Part shown: positions 37,196 through 44,786 of the stretch, piece by piece
How positions within the stretch are numbered: the first letter of the stretch is position 1
Layout: every line of letters begins with the position of its first letter
Assembly: GCA_964250115.1 (NCBI GenBank)
Contig: CAXUEW010000002.1
Location: 1,728-46,513, forward strand
DNA length: 44,786 nucleotides
From: an uncultured Terriglobus sp.
Lineage (GTDB): Bacteria; Acidobacteriota; Terriglobia; Terriglobales; Acidobacteriaceae
Reading direction: 5' to 3'
Made by a program: the position numbers and the translations under genes
The notes under the pieces: model-generated
Database searches by the model: none
Told to the model about the DNA's origin: nothing
What the model saw: only the letters and a program-made list of their open reading frames with translations

Positions 37196-38014
37196 TCATG
37201 CGTGTCGTTGAATGATCAGCAAATTGTTATCTGCATTATTCAAAGGGTGCGGCAGCTCTACAAGAGCAAACTGATGATTGGGAAACCGGTGTGGCAAAAC
37301 CTCCTCTAGCTGATTCCTCCACTGCTCGAAAGTTTCCCTCTGAATATCTTCGACCACAAATGTTCCACCAGGACGAAGATGTCGTAATGAACCCTCCAGA
37401 AATGTCATATTGGCTTCGTATGTGTGGTGACCGTCATCAATGATAATGTCCATTCCACCTGCCAAAGCAGGTTGTGTCCAAAGATCACGAACTGCGTTTG
37501 CGTCAAGTTGGTCGCAATAAAACGTCTGAATGCGATCTTCTGCAAACAGAATGTCGCGATCGATATCTGCACCGTATACGAGAGCCTGCGGGAATAGCTC
37601 GCGCCACGCCCGGAGCGACGCTCCCGGTCTTGCACTTGCACCCATGTAGAAAGGAATATTCGGATTGTTGCTGCCGAGACCAAGTTCAAAGATCCGAATC
37701 GATTGGTTTCGCAGTTTGCTAAAAAGTGCCGAGTAAACGATCGTGTAGTTGTGAAGGCCCCAGCCCTTGTCACTCCCATTCCGAAGCATGGTGTGGCAAT
37801 ACTTAGTTACCGCGATCAGGTTGATACCATGTAACTGATCTACAAGTTCTGCCTGACCGCCCGGAAAGCCTTGGACCTTTGGGCTACGGCGGACGAACAA
37901 TGAGGCGCCCAGCCGCGGCAAGTAATGGCGACCAATCCACCAGCAGAGATCGACGTTTTGAAACGCTTTGGTGGAAAGCTTTCGTCTAAGCAGCTCACGA
38001 GCATCCGCAATCAT
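37196..38014 (-). CDS. Class I SAM-dependent methyltransferase, MycE/TylE-like sugar O-methyltransferase
   Basis: GSDK..HNY, FELGLG, GASLRAW..FP, GADID, DQ, DIIIDDGHH and LRPGG..VVEDI motifs. Confidence 0.75.
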   Translation of the reverse strand: MIADARELLRRKLSTKAFQNVDLCWWIGRHYLPRLGASLFVRRSPKVQGFPGGQAELVDQLHGINLIAVTKYCHTMLRNGSDKGWGLHNYTIVYSALFSKLRNQSIRIFELGLGSNNPNIPFYMGASARPGASLRAWRELFPQALVYGADIDRDILFAEDRIQTFYCDQLDANAVRDLWTQPALAGGMDIIIDDGHHTYEANMTFLEGSLRHLRPGGTFVVEDIQRETFEQWRNQLEEVLPHRFPNHQFALVELPHPLNNADNNLLIIQRHA

Positions 38015-38353
38015 TCATTTTCCTTCACTCCCAAAATAGCAGCGCTCGATCTCGGCTGGCGTTCCGATCCACCGGCTTTGTCCTTGCACCGTCCGCATCA
38101 AGCATCCCAAATTCTTACGGACCGGACCTGCCGCCCATCGACATTACCCTGGCCCAAGCATATCTGCAACGATCGCGCTCATCATGCCAGAGTGATACGT
38201 TGACAGTGGCTTATGAGTGATCTCTGCCGTGACGAAATCCTCGCAATGCAATGACCGTATTTGTCAAAGGAGTTCCGCACCTTCCTTCGTCACCATACGG
38301 TTTTGGGGACGGTACACTGGATAGGGCGATTTGGACGGGGCACGGAAACAACG

Positions 38354-39001
38354 ATGAGTTCGCGATTTACCTGGACAAGCGCCTTTGGCAAGGGCAGCGG
38401 ATGGCTGTTGCAAAAGATTGTCAACGGCCTGGCACTCTCGAAAATCTCGCCGAATAGCCTGACCTTTGTCGGCCTGATCATCAACGTTGCCGCGGCCTTC
38501 TTCTTTGGCTACGCCCGGGGAAGCAACGCTCATCGAATGTTTCTGTACGCGGGCCTGATCCTGATCGGTGCGGGCCTGTTCGACATGGTGGATGGCCGCG
38601 TGGCGCGGGCAACCAACCAGGTGTCGGTGTTTGGTGCGTTCTTTGACTCGGTGATCGACCGCTACTCCGACGTGGCAATTTTCTTCGGCTTGCTGGTTTA
38701 TTACGCGCGCGGCAACCGGTTCGTGTATGTGGTGCTGGTTGCGTTTGTCATGACGGCGTCGCTCATGGTCAGCTACACGCGGGCTCGGGCAGAGGCGCTG
38801 ATCGGCTCCTGCAAGGTCGGTTTCATGGAGCGGCCCGAGCGTATTGTGCTGGTCATCCTGGGTGCGCTGTGCGACACCTGGGGCGTCATGGCTCCGGCGC
38901 TTTGGGTGCTTGCCTTCCTCAGCACGGTGACCGTGATTCACCGCATCCGGTACACGTATGTGCAGACGGAACGCCGCAAAACGGTCGTTTCTGCACGGTA
39001 G
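38354..39001 (+). CDS. CDP-alcohol phosphatidyltransferase (PgsA/PIP-synthase-like)
   Basis: SPNSLT, DMVDGRVAR...GAFFDSVIDRYSD signature, SYTRARAE and GFMERPER. Confidence 0.9.
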   Translation: MSSRFTWTSAFGKGSGWLLQKIVNGLALSKISPNSLTFVGLIINVAAAFFFGYARGSNAHRMFLYAGLILIGAGLFDMVDGRVARATNQVSVFGAFFDSVIDRYSDVAIFFGLLVYYARGNRFVYVVLVAFVMTASLMVSYTRARAEALIGSCKVGFMERPERIVLVILGALCDTWGVMAPALWVLAFLSTVTVIHRIRYTYVQTERRKTVVSAR

Positions 39002-39103
39002 ATTGCCGTGAAGATGCCCTGTAGGCGGTGCAAACTGCGCTGAAAAGTGCGTGCAGAAAGCGTCTTTTGTGCTGCGAAACCGTCCGGAAAGCGCTTTGGA
39101 GGG

Positions 39104-39526
39104 CTACTTTTCTAACGCTGCTCGGGAGAGCTTCACCGGCAGGTCCAGTTCGCCGCGATCCAGTGTGCCTTCCAGCATGGCTGCCGTTTGGAAGCTGCCC
39201 GTCTTCTCGCCTGCGGCGTCTTCAAAGTGCAGATGCAGGATATTCCCGTCTTCATCCTGCAGCACAACCGTGGTGCCGAACTGACGGCTGTCCACGATGC
39301 GGATCTCGCTCTTCACATTGTCGTAGGTGTAGTGACCGCCGCTGACAGAGTCGCCTGAAAGCTCCAGGATCAAGACCACATGCTGTTTGCCCACCGTTCC
39401 GGCATAGCGCAAAGAGGGCTGCTGCGCGAAGATTGACGCCGTAAGAGATGAAGCCATGACAATCAAAGCAAGCGGACGGATACGCGGAAAGATCACGCCG
39501 CTAAGGCTACCAGAGCGAGAACACAC
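39104..39526 (-). CDS. Hypothetical secreted protein
   Basis: Signal-like hydrophobic stretch and a beta-rich body (YAGTVGK...GGHYTYD). Start uncertain. Confidence 0.55.
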   Translation of the reverse strand: MCSRSGSLSGVIFPRIRPLALIVMASSLTASIFAQQPSLRYAGTVGKQHVVLILELSGDSVSGGHYTYDNVKSEIRIVDSRQFGTTVVLQDEDGNILHLHFEDAAGEKTGSFQTAAMLEGTLDRGELDLPVKLSRAALEK

Positions 39527-39590
39527 ATCGCCCTTTGCCTGCGCAGCGTACGGACTCAGGAAGACTAAAGACGTCTACCAGCTTCCGCTC

Positions 39591-39794
39591 CTATGCGGAG
39601 CGTTCATACCTGTAGTTGCGAGTCTTGAAGACCTGGTTCAGGTACGTGCCTTTGGACTCAGCGGCCTGAAAGGCGGTCCATTCTTCCGGCGGGACGTCGA
39701 AGTAGCGGTAAGTGCCGCGCTTGTTCCGGTAGACAATAGTCAGCGTGCGTTCGGAAGCGTCGTAGTGCATGGCGGCGATCACTGAGGACGGCAT
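39591..39794 (-). CDS. KTSC-domain protein
   Basis: SSVIAAMHYD...LTIVY...YRYFDVP...AESKGTYLN. Confidence 0.88.
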   Translation of the reverse strand: MPSSVIAAMHYDASERTLTIVYRNKRGTYRYFDVPPEEWTAFQAAESKGTYLNQVFKTRNYRYERSA

Positions 39795-39806
39795 GACGCT
39801 GCAACT

Positions 39807-40295
39807 TTACAGTCCGCACCGGCAGGTGAATCCGTGTGACGGCGGCAGGGTGCCGTCCATGGCGGGAATGCAGTGGCCGTGCGGGTCGGCCGTGGGATGG
39901 CCCATTTTGGCCGCGATCCGTTCCTCGAAGGACTCCGAGATGAAGTGCTCCAAACGCTCCGCTTCGTCGTGCAGTTCTTCCACCGGATAACCAAGCACCT
40001 GGAACAGGAACGTCTCGATAAGACGATGGTGACGCACGATTTCGAGCGCGCGCCGCTGGCCCGCCTTGGACAGCCGCACGCCGGTTCCGCGCTTGTAATC
40101 GACCAGTGATTTCGGCTCGCCGGCAAGCTTCTGCAGCATGTTCGTGACCGACGCGGGAGCTACCTGCAACCTGCCCGCAAGTTCGGAGCCGCCCACCCAT
40201 CGCCGCTCATCGCCCCCCAGGGCGTGAATGGACTTCAGGTAGTCATCGACCGATTCGCTGTTCCTATCGCGGTGCCCGGGTCGTATGGTTTTCAA
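39807..40295 (-). CDS. mntR: DtxR/MntR-family metal-dependent repressor
   Basis: SVDDYLKSI, VAPASVTNMLQKL, RHHRLIETFL, HDEAERLEH and DPHGHCIP motifs. No FeoA/SH3 domain; ends in CRCGL. Confidence 0.88.
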   Translation of the reverse strand: MKTIRPGHRDRNSESVDDYLKSIHALGGDERRWVGGSELAGRLQVAPASVTNMLQKLAGEPKSLVDYKRGTGVRLSKAGQRRALEIVRHHRLIETFLFQVLGYPVEELHDEAERLEHFISESFEERIAAKMGHPTADPHGHCIPAMDGTLPPSHGFTCRCGL

Positions 40296-40318
40296 GTTGC
40301 GTTACGCCTCGACGTTGC

Positions 40319-40353
40319 TTAGTGTAGCCTAATTACAAATTAGGTGTACCTAA
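40319..40353. promoter_or_regulatory. Two DtxR/MntR-type operator palindromes
   Basis: TTAGTGTAGCCTAA (40319-40332) and perfect TTAGGT-GT-ACCTAA (40340-40353), 21 bp apart, between the divergent mntR and TonB receptor genes. Confidence 0.8.
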
Positions 40354-42918
40354 ATGAAGCCGTCTGAAAAATTATTTGCTGTCATCTTGTCTTCTGGTTT
40401 CTTATGCACATCGATTGCTGCCCAGCAACCAGCGGCATCCGCGCTTTCGGTCGCGGTTACGGATGCCAGCGGCGCTTTATTGCCTGGTGCGGTGGTTACT
40501 CTGAAGTCTGTTCAGACTGGCGACGAGACGCGGCTGGTGACGGTCCAGAATGGAACGATCATGCTTCCGCGGCTTGGGCATGGAACCTATCGTTTGCGCG
40601 TGGAAGCTGCTGGTCTTGCGCCTGCAAGCCGGGTGCTGACCTTTGACGGCACGGCGCTCCACCTGGACATTGCGTTGTTGCCTGTGGCCAGTTCCGAAGT
40701 CACCGTTTCAGCGATGGACATGGTGGAAGAACCGACCGCTCCGGCCCATGTGCTGATCACACCCGATGAGATTGAGCGCATGCCGAGCAGCAGCGTGAGT
40801 GCGCCGTTCAGCTCGCTGATTACGATGACCTCGCCCGGCGTGTCCGCGGATTCGAACAGCTCGTTTCACCCGCTCGGCGATCATGCCGAGGCGTCATTCT
40901 TCCTGGACGGTCAGCCGATCACCGACCAGCAGAGCCGCATCTTCTCTTCGCAGATCGCGCTCAATACGCTGCAATCGGTGGATGTTCGCCAGGGTGCGCC
41001 CACTGCTGAGATGGGCGACAAGACCAGCATGGCCATCATGGCTCAGACCAAATCCGGACTTGAGCAGAACCGTCCGCATGGAACGCTCGAGCTTGGACGT
41101 GGCAGCTTTGCGACATCGAATACCGGTGCCACCTTTGCTGCCGGGACAAAGCGCTTCGGCTCGTTCACGGCGGCCGACGCGGTCAACAGCGCGCGTTTTC
41201 TGGACACGCCGGAAGCGGTGAATCTACATAGCAACGGCAATGTCGAGAACATCTTTCAGCGGCTCGACTATCGCCTTACGGACAAGACAACGGCGCAACT
41301 TAATGCAAGCTTCAGCCATTCGTGGTTTCAGACACCCAACACCTATGACCAGCAATCACTCGGTCAGAATCAGCGGCAGACGATTGTCAGTTTCAACGTT
41401 GCGCCACAGATTCTTCACGCCTTCAGCAGCCGTACGTTGAGCCAGACAAATGTCTGGTTACGGCAGGATAAAGTACGCTACCGGCCTTCAGACAATATCT
41501 ATGCGGATTCTCCGGCGTACCTGGAACAGGCTCGCCGGCTGACCAATGCGGGTCTGCGTACGCAGTTTACTTTCAGCCATGGCCGCCACAATGCAGCGGT
41601 TGGTGGAGAGGTGAAGCACACATTTCTGAGCGAACAGTTTGCGACGGGGTTGACCGCTCCCGCTTATAACAGCCCGTGCCTCAAACAGGATGGCGCACCT
41701 TCGCCCGATACTTCCCTGCATGATCCTGAGCGGTGCCTCGCAGCCGGACTGAGTTCGAATCCGGACTTCATCCCCGGGCTTTTGCCGCTCGATCTCACAA
41801 GGGGCGGATCGATCTACTCCTATAAAGGCAGAACCGACATCAAGCAGCTTGCGTTTTTCGGACAAGACTTCGTGCGCTTCGGGGAACTTCAACTGAAGCT
41901 GGGTCTGCGGTACGACAAGTACAACGGGCTGGTGCGTACCGATGGCCTTCAGCCCCGCGTCGGCCTGACCTATAGCCCCGTCCGTTTGCGCACCACGTTT
42001 CGTGGCGATTACTCCCGTGTGTTTCTTACGCCCTATAACGAGAACCTGATCGTTGCCAGTTCAGACGGGCCTGGATCGCCTTCCGCATCGCTGGGCGCTG
42101 CTGCTTCGCATGTGCTGAGCACGGCAACACGCAACCAGTTCAACGCAGGTTTCACGACGGTGTTGAAACGCCTCTCGGTAAGTGGTGAGTACCTTTGGAA
42201 GTTCACTTACGGCGCCTACGATTTCGATGTTTTGCTCAACAGCCCGCTGACCTTTCCGACACAGTTTCGCAAGTCAAAGATTGACGGCGGCCTGGTGCGC
42301 GTTACCCTGCTGCCATTGCACGGCCTTGCTGGATTTGTCACGGTAAGCCACACCCGTTCTCGCTTGTTCGGCCCGCAGACCGGCGGCGTGAGCTTTAGCG
42401 CGCCCTACAGCGACGTGGTCCGGCCTGACCACGATGAGGGCCTGGCCATGAACGTGAATCTGCGTTACCAGTTCGGCAAGCGTGGGCCATGGATCAATGC
42501 TTCGTACCGGTACGACGGAGGCCTGGTGTCTGTGGCCACGCCGGACACCGCGACTGCGCTGCAACTGACCGGCGATGAACAGCAGCAGATGGGCCTGTAC
42601 TGCGGCAAGCTGTTTGCAACGGTGTCCACGCCGCTGCGCGCTTGCACCGGCTCGATCGGCGCAACGCGCATCCGCATTCCGGCAGCGGGTACATACGACG
42701 CGGATCGGAACCCGGCGCGGATTGCAGTTCGCAATACCGTGGATCTTGCGTTTGGAGAGGACAACCTCGTCTCGTACGAGCACCAGAGCCTCGGATTCCG
42801 GGTCGAAGTGGTTAACCTGAACAACACCACGGCGCTCTATAACTATCTTTCCACGTTCTCTGGAACACACTTCCTGACGCGACGGAGTGTGACGGCGCAG
42901 TTGCGGTATCGCTTCTAA
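40354..42918 (+). CDS. TonB-dependent receptor with carboxypeptidase-regulatory-like N-domain, probably for metal uptake
   Basis: Signal peptide, VTDASGALLPGA, plug FFLDGQPITD, LGLRYD, QPRVG, VNLNN and terminal RYRF. Confidence 0.88.
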   Translation: MKPSEKLFAVILSSGFLCTSIAAQQPAASALSVAVTDASGALLPGAVVTLKSVQTGDETRLVTVQNGTIMLPRLGHGTYRLRVEAAGLAPASRVLTFDGTALHLDIALLPVASSEVTVSAMDMVEEPTAPAHVLITPDEIERMPSSSVSAPFSSLITMTSPGVSADSNSSFHPLGDHAEASFFLDGQPITDQQSRIFSSQIALNTLQSVDVRQGAPTAEMGDKTSMAIMAQTKSGLEQNRPHGTLELGRGSFATSNTGATFAAGTKRFGSFTAADAVNSARFLDTPEAVNLHSNGNVENIFQRLDYRLTDKTTAQLNASFSHSWFQTPNTYDQQSLGQNQRQTIVSFNVAPQILHAFSSRTLSQTNVWLRQDKVRYRPSDNIYADSPAYLEQARRLTNAGLRTQFTFSHGRHNAAVGGEVKHTFLSEQFATGLTAPAYNSPCLKQDGAPSPDTSLHDPERCLAAGLSSNPDFIPGLLPLDLTRGGSIYSYKGRTDIKQLAFFGQDFVRFGELQLKLGLRYDKYNGLVRTDGLQPRVGLTYSPVRLRTTFRGDYSRVFLTPYNENLIVASSDGPGSPSASLGAAASHVLSTATRNQFNAGFTTVLKRLSVSGEYLWKFTYGAYDFDVLLNSPLTFPTQFRKSKIDGGLVRVTLLPLHGLAGFVTVSHTRSRLFGPQTGGVSFSAPYSDVVRPDHDEGLAMNVNLRYQFGKRGPWINASYRYDGGLVSVATPDTATALQLTGDEQQQMGLYCGKLFATVSTPLRACTGSIGATRIRIPAAGTYDADRNPARIAVRNTVDLAFGEDNLVSYEHQSLGFRVEVVNLNNTTALYNYLSTFSGTHFLTRRSVTAQLRYRF

Positions 42919-43001
42919 CGCTTTCGGACGCGGTTGTTGCAACTCGGACAACAGTATTCCTTACGGAAAGCCAACGTATCGCATGTAGAGTTTCGCTAAT
43001 T

Positions 43002-43137
43002 TTCCAGCGGCTTTAGCCGCCGAGATAGGTCGGCACCGTCATAGAATGCGGCTTCAGCCGCTGAGATGGGCATCCCGGTGGCTAAAGCCACATCAGGGAT
43101 GCATCTTGATCTATCCCGGCGGCTGAAGCCGCTTGAA
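43002..43137. repeat. REP-like composite inverted repeat
   Basis: 43002-43031 and 43108-43137 are inverted (26/30). There are four GGCT(T/A/G)(T/C/A)AGCC hairpins: two in the arms and two internal. Confidence 0.75.
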
Positions 43138-43316
43138 TTCATCAAGGATTGCCGATCCACCAGGGCTTGGAGACACATCCGGAAGCGTCAACGAAACTTT
43201 ATGTCGATGCCTTCGGCACTTAATTGTCTGGCGGTTCGGCGCGCGCTCCGCTACACTTCCGGCGAAGTTCTTGTAGACGTGCAGCGTGAATCCAGACGCG
43301 CGCGAAAAGGATACCC

Positions 43317-43943
43317 ATGAGTCTTTCTCTTCTACCCGCCGATGTCCTGTTTCTGCAGCGTACCTGTGCCGTTTGCGGATGTTACTCCGGCCCGCTGGAT
43401 GGCAAGTGGTCCCTTGACGTACAAACAGCCGAAGACAAGCTGGAAGCGCAGGCAGCCGAGCTGCGCACCAAGCTGGGCACCTTTGACGCGCGGACGGAAA
43501 AGAACATCGCCAGCCTGATGCCCCCGGCGCAGAAGGTCGCCCGGCAGTTCATGAAGGAGTCCGCCGCCTTTAGTCTGCGCGTCGGCATTCTTTCCGGAAC
43601 GCGCACGTATGCCGAACAGGATGCGCTCTACGCCATTGGCCGGACCACCCAGATGAACCGCAAGCCTGTCACCAAAGCCAAGGGCGGCCGAAGCAACCAC
43701 AACTTCGGCATTGCCTGGGATGTGGGCCTGTTCGATCGCAGTGGGCGGTACCTTGACGGTAAGACGAAGGGCGACGACGACGCTTACCAAGAACTCGGCG
43801 CATTGATCAAGGAGAAAATGACCGACATCGAGTGGGGTGGCGACTGGAAAACGTTTGTCGATCTGCCGCACTACCAGTTGGCTACGGGCAAGTCAGCCGA
43901 TGTGGTTCGCACCACCTTCGAAGCGGGCAAGCCTTTGACATGA
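43317..43943 (+). CDS. M15-family peptidoglycan endopeptidase (CwlK-like) with an N-terminal PG-binding-like segment
   Basis: SGTRTYAEQDALY, SNHNFGIAWD and WGGDW..DLPHYQ motifs. Confidence 0.88.
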   Translation: MSLSLLPADVLFLQRTCAVCGCYSGPLDGKWSLDVQTAEDKLEAQAAELRTKLGTFDARTEKNIASLMPPAQKVARQFMKESAAFSLRVGILSGTRTYAEQDALYAIGRTTQMNRKPVTKAKGGRSNHNFGIAWDVGLFDRSGRYLDGKTKGDDDAYQELGALIKEKMTDIEWGGDWKTFVDLPHYQLATGKSADVVRTTFEAGKPLT

Positions 43944-44203
43944 GTGCGCCGCCCCCCAACTCAGCAGGGATCATCCGATGAAGTAGTGGGGCCAAACATC
44001 AAGTTCTGATCTCACGCGCTGCAGCAGTGGATTGGGTGCTTTCTAAATCCCACCGTAGCGTGGTTGAAACGTCATAGGACAGGATGAAAACGCACGATTC
44101 CAAAAGAGGACTCGGTTAGAAATTTAGTTCTGTATGTAAAGGACAATCGGTTCTTCCCCTGCCATCATAGGTCTTAGGACTTACCGAAATAGAGGATTCG
44201 TCT

Positions 44204-44389
44204 ATGCAAATGGAAAACCTGGAATACCTTTCTTCTCCCCTGTCTGTACAGCACACCTATGAGGATGAGGTTCGTGAAGAACTTTGTCTTCAGCTGGCTG
44301 AAAGTGTCAGCGATCTTGGTGCCTGCGACTTCTCCCGTGAGATTGTCGCGGAAGGCGCCAAGTGGCTGGTGACTGTGACGCGCCGCTAA
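44204..44389 (+). CDS. Small acidic hypothetical protein (61 aa)
   Basis: AGAGGA RBS, fills an intergenic gap, plausible composition. No family recognised. Confidence 0.45.
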   Translation: MQMENLEYLSSPLSVQHTYEDEVREELCLQLAESVSDLGACDFSREIVAEGAKWLVTVTRR

Positions 44390-44430
44390 CCAGCGGCCTT
44401 TAACTGCGGGGTGGGCATTACACTCGCCCT

Positions 44431-44786
44431 ATGCGCCGCATCTTCCTTGGACTCCTGCTGATCTCGCAACCCGGCGTGGCACAATTTGTGCTGCAGCCGG
44501 GCGGCTCCCCTGCCAGCCTGCGCGGCGTTGCACTTGGCGACGCGCGGGGGCAAGTTGCATGGGCCAGCGGAACGTCCGGTACGGTTCTGCGGACGGTCGA
44601 CGGCGGCACCCACTGGGCCGTCTGCGCCGTTCCACCCGATGCCGGAAAGCTCGACTTTCGCGGTATTCAGGCCTTCGACTCAAAAACCGCCATCGTAATG
44701 TCGAGCGGCAAGGGCGATGCCTCACGCGTGTACAAGACCACCGACGGCTGCGCCACATGGAAGCTGATCCTGTCGAACCCGGACGC
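44431..44786 (+). CDS. Secreted BNR/Asp-box (YCF48-like) beta-propeller protein, truncated by the window end
   Basis: Translated by hand (not in ORF track): MRRIFLGLLLISQPGVAQ...SLRGV...WASGTSGTVLRTVDGGTHW...LDFRGI...VYKTTDGCATW. Confidence 0.85.
   Translation, partial: MRRIFLGLLLISQPGVAQFVLQPGGSPASLRGVALGDARGQVAWASGTSGTVLRTVDGGTHWAVCAVPPDAGKLDFRGIQAFDSKTAIVMSSGKGDASRVYKTTDGCATWKLILSNPD

Noticed and set aside
43317-43943. Prophage
   Set aside because: No structural, integrase or holin genes in the window.
1-44786. tRNA, rRNA, riboswitch, intact transposase or defence system
   Set aside because: None recognised by eye; a covariance-model scan would be needed to exclude small RNAs.

Overview
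A 44.8-kb bacterial chromosome segment, most likely from Acidobacteriota (Terriglobales-like). This is inferred from the PEP-CTERM, IPT/TIG, FG-GAP/Ig and wHTH-TolB-TPR proteins and the carboxypeptidase-like TonB receptor, not from a search. Left to right: (1) a large IPT/TIG + beta-propeller + DUF11 surface lipoprotein on the minus strand, absent from the ORF track. (2) An AraC-controlled carbohydrate locus with MFS sugar porter, Tat-exported GH36-like alpha-galactosidase, aldose 1-epimerase and a TIM-barrel isomerase-like protein. Its centre is a single-chain fusion of a MocD-like membrane di-iron desaturase/oxygenase, a MocE-like Rieske ferredoxin and an NqrF-like FAD/NAD reductase. A decayed paralogous operon faces it (frameshifted ribokinase, Gfo/Idh/MocA relic, fusion relic). 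(3) PEP-CTERM, ruvX, greA, dps, an FG-GAP/Ig protein and sialate O-acetylesterase. (4) Two accessory cassettes in tandem between the esterase and a pgsA-like gene: A encodes a collagen-like protein, a PEP-CTERM protein and a membrane wHTH-TPR regulator; B is a Wzx/Wzy polysaccharide cluster with an O-methyltransferase. They are separated by degenerate copies of both flanking genes. (5) KTSC, an MntR/DtxR regulator with twin operators in front of a TonB-dependent receptor, an M15 peptidase and a truncated BNR-repeat protein. Best candidates for novelty: the self-sufficient MocDE-NqrF oxygenase pathway, the two shared promoter architectures, the tandem-cassette scar, and a split-Ig internal-lipobox anchor. 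All homology calls come from motif recognition by eye; no databases were run.
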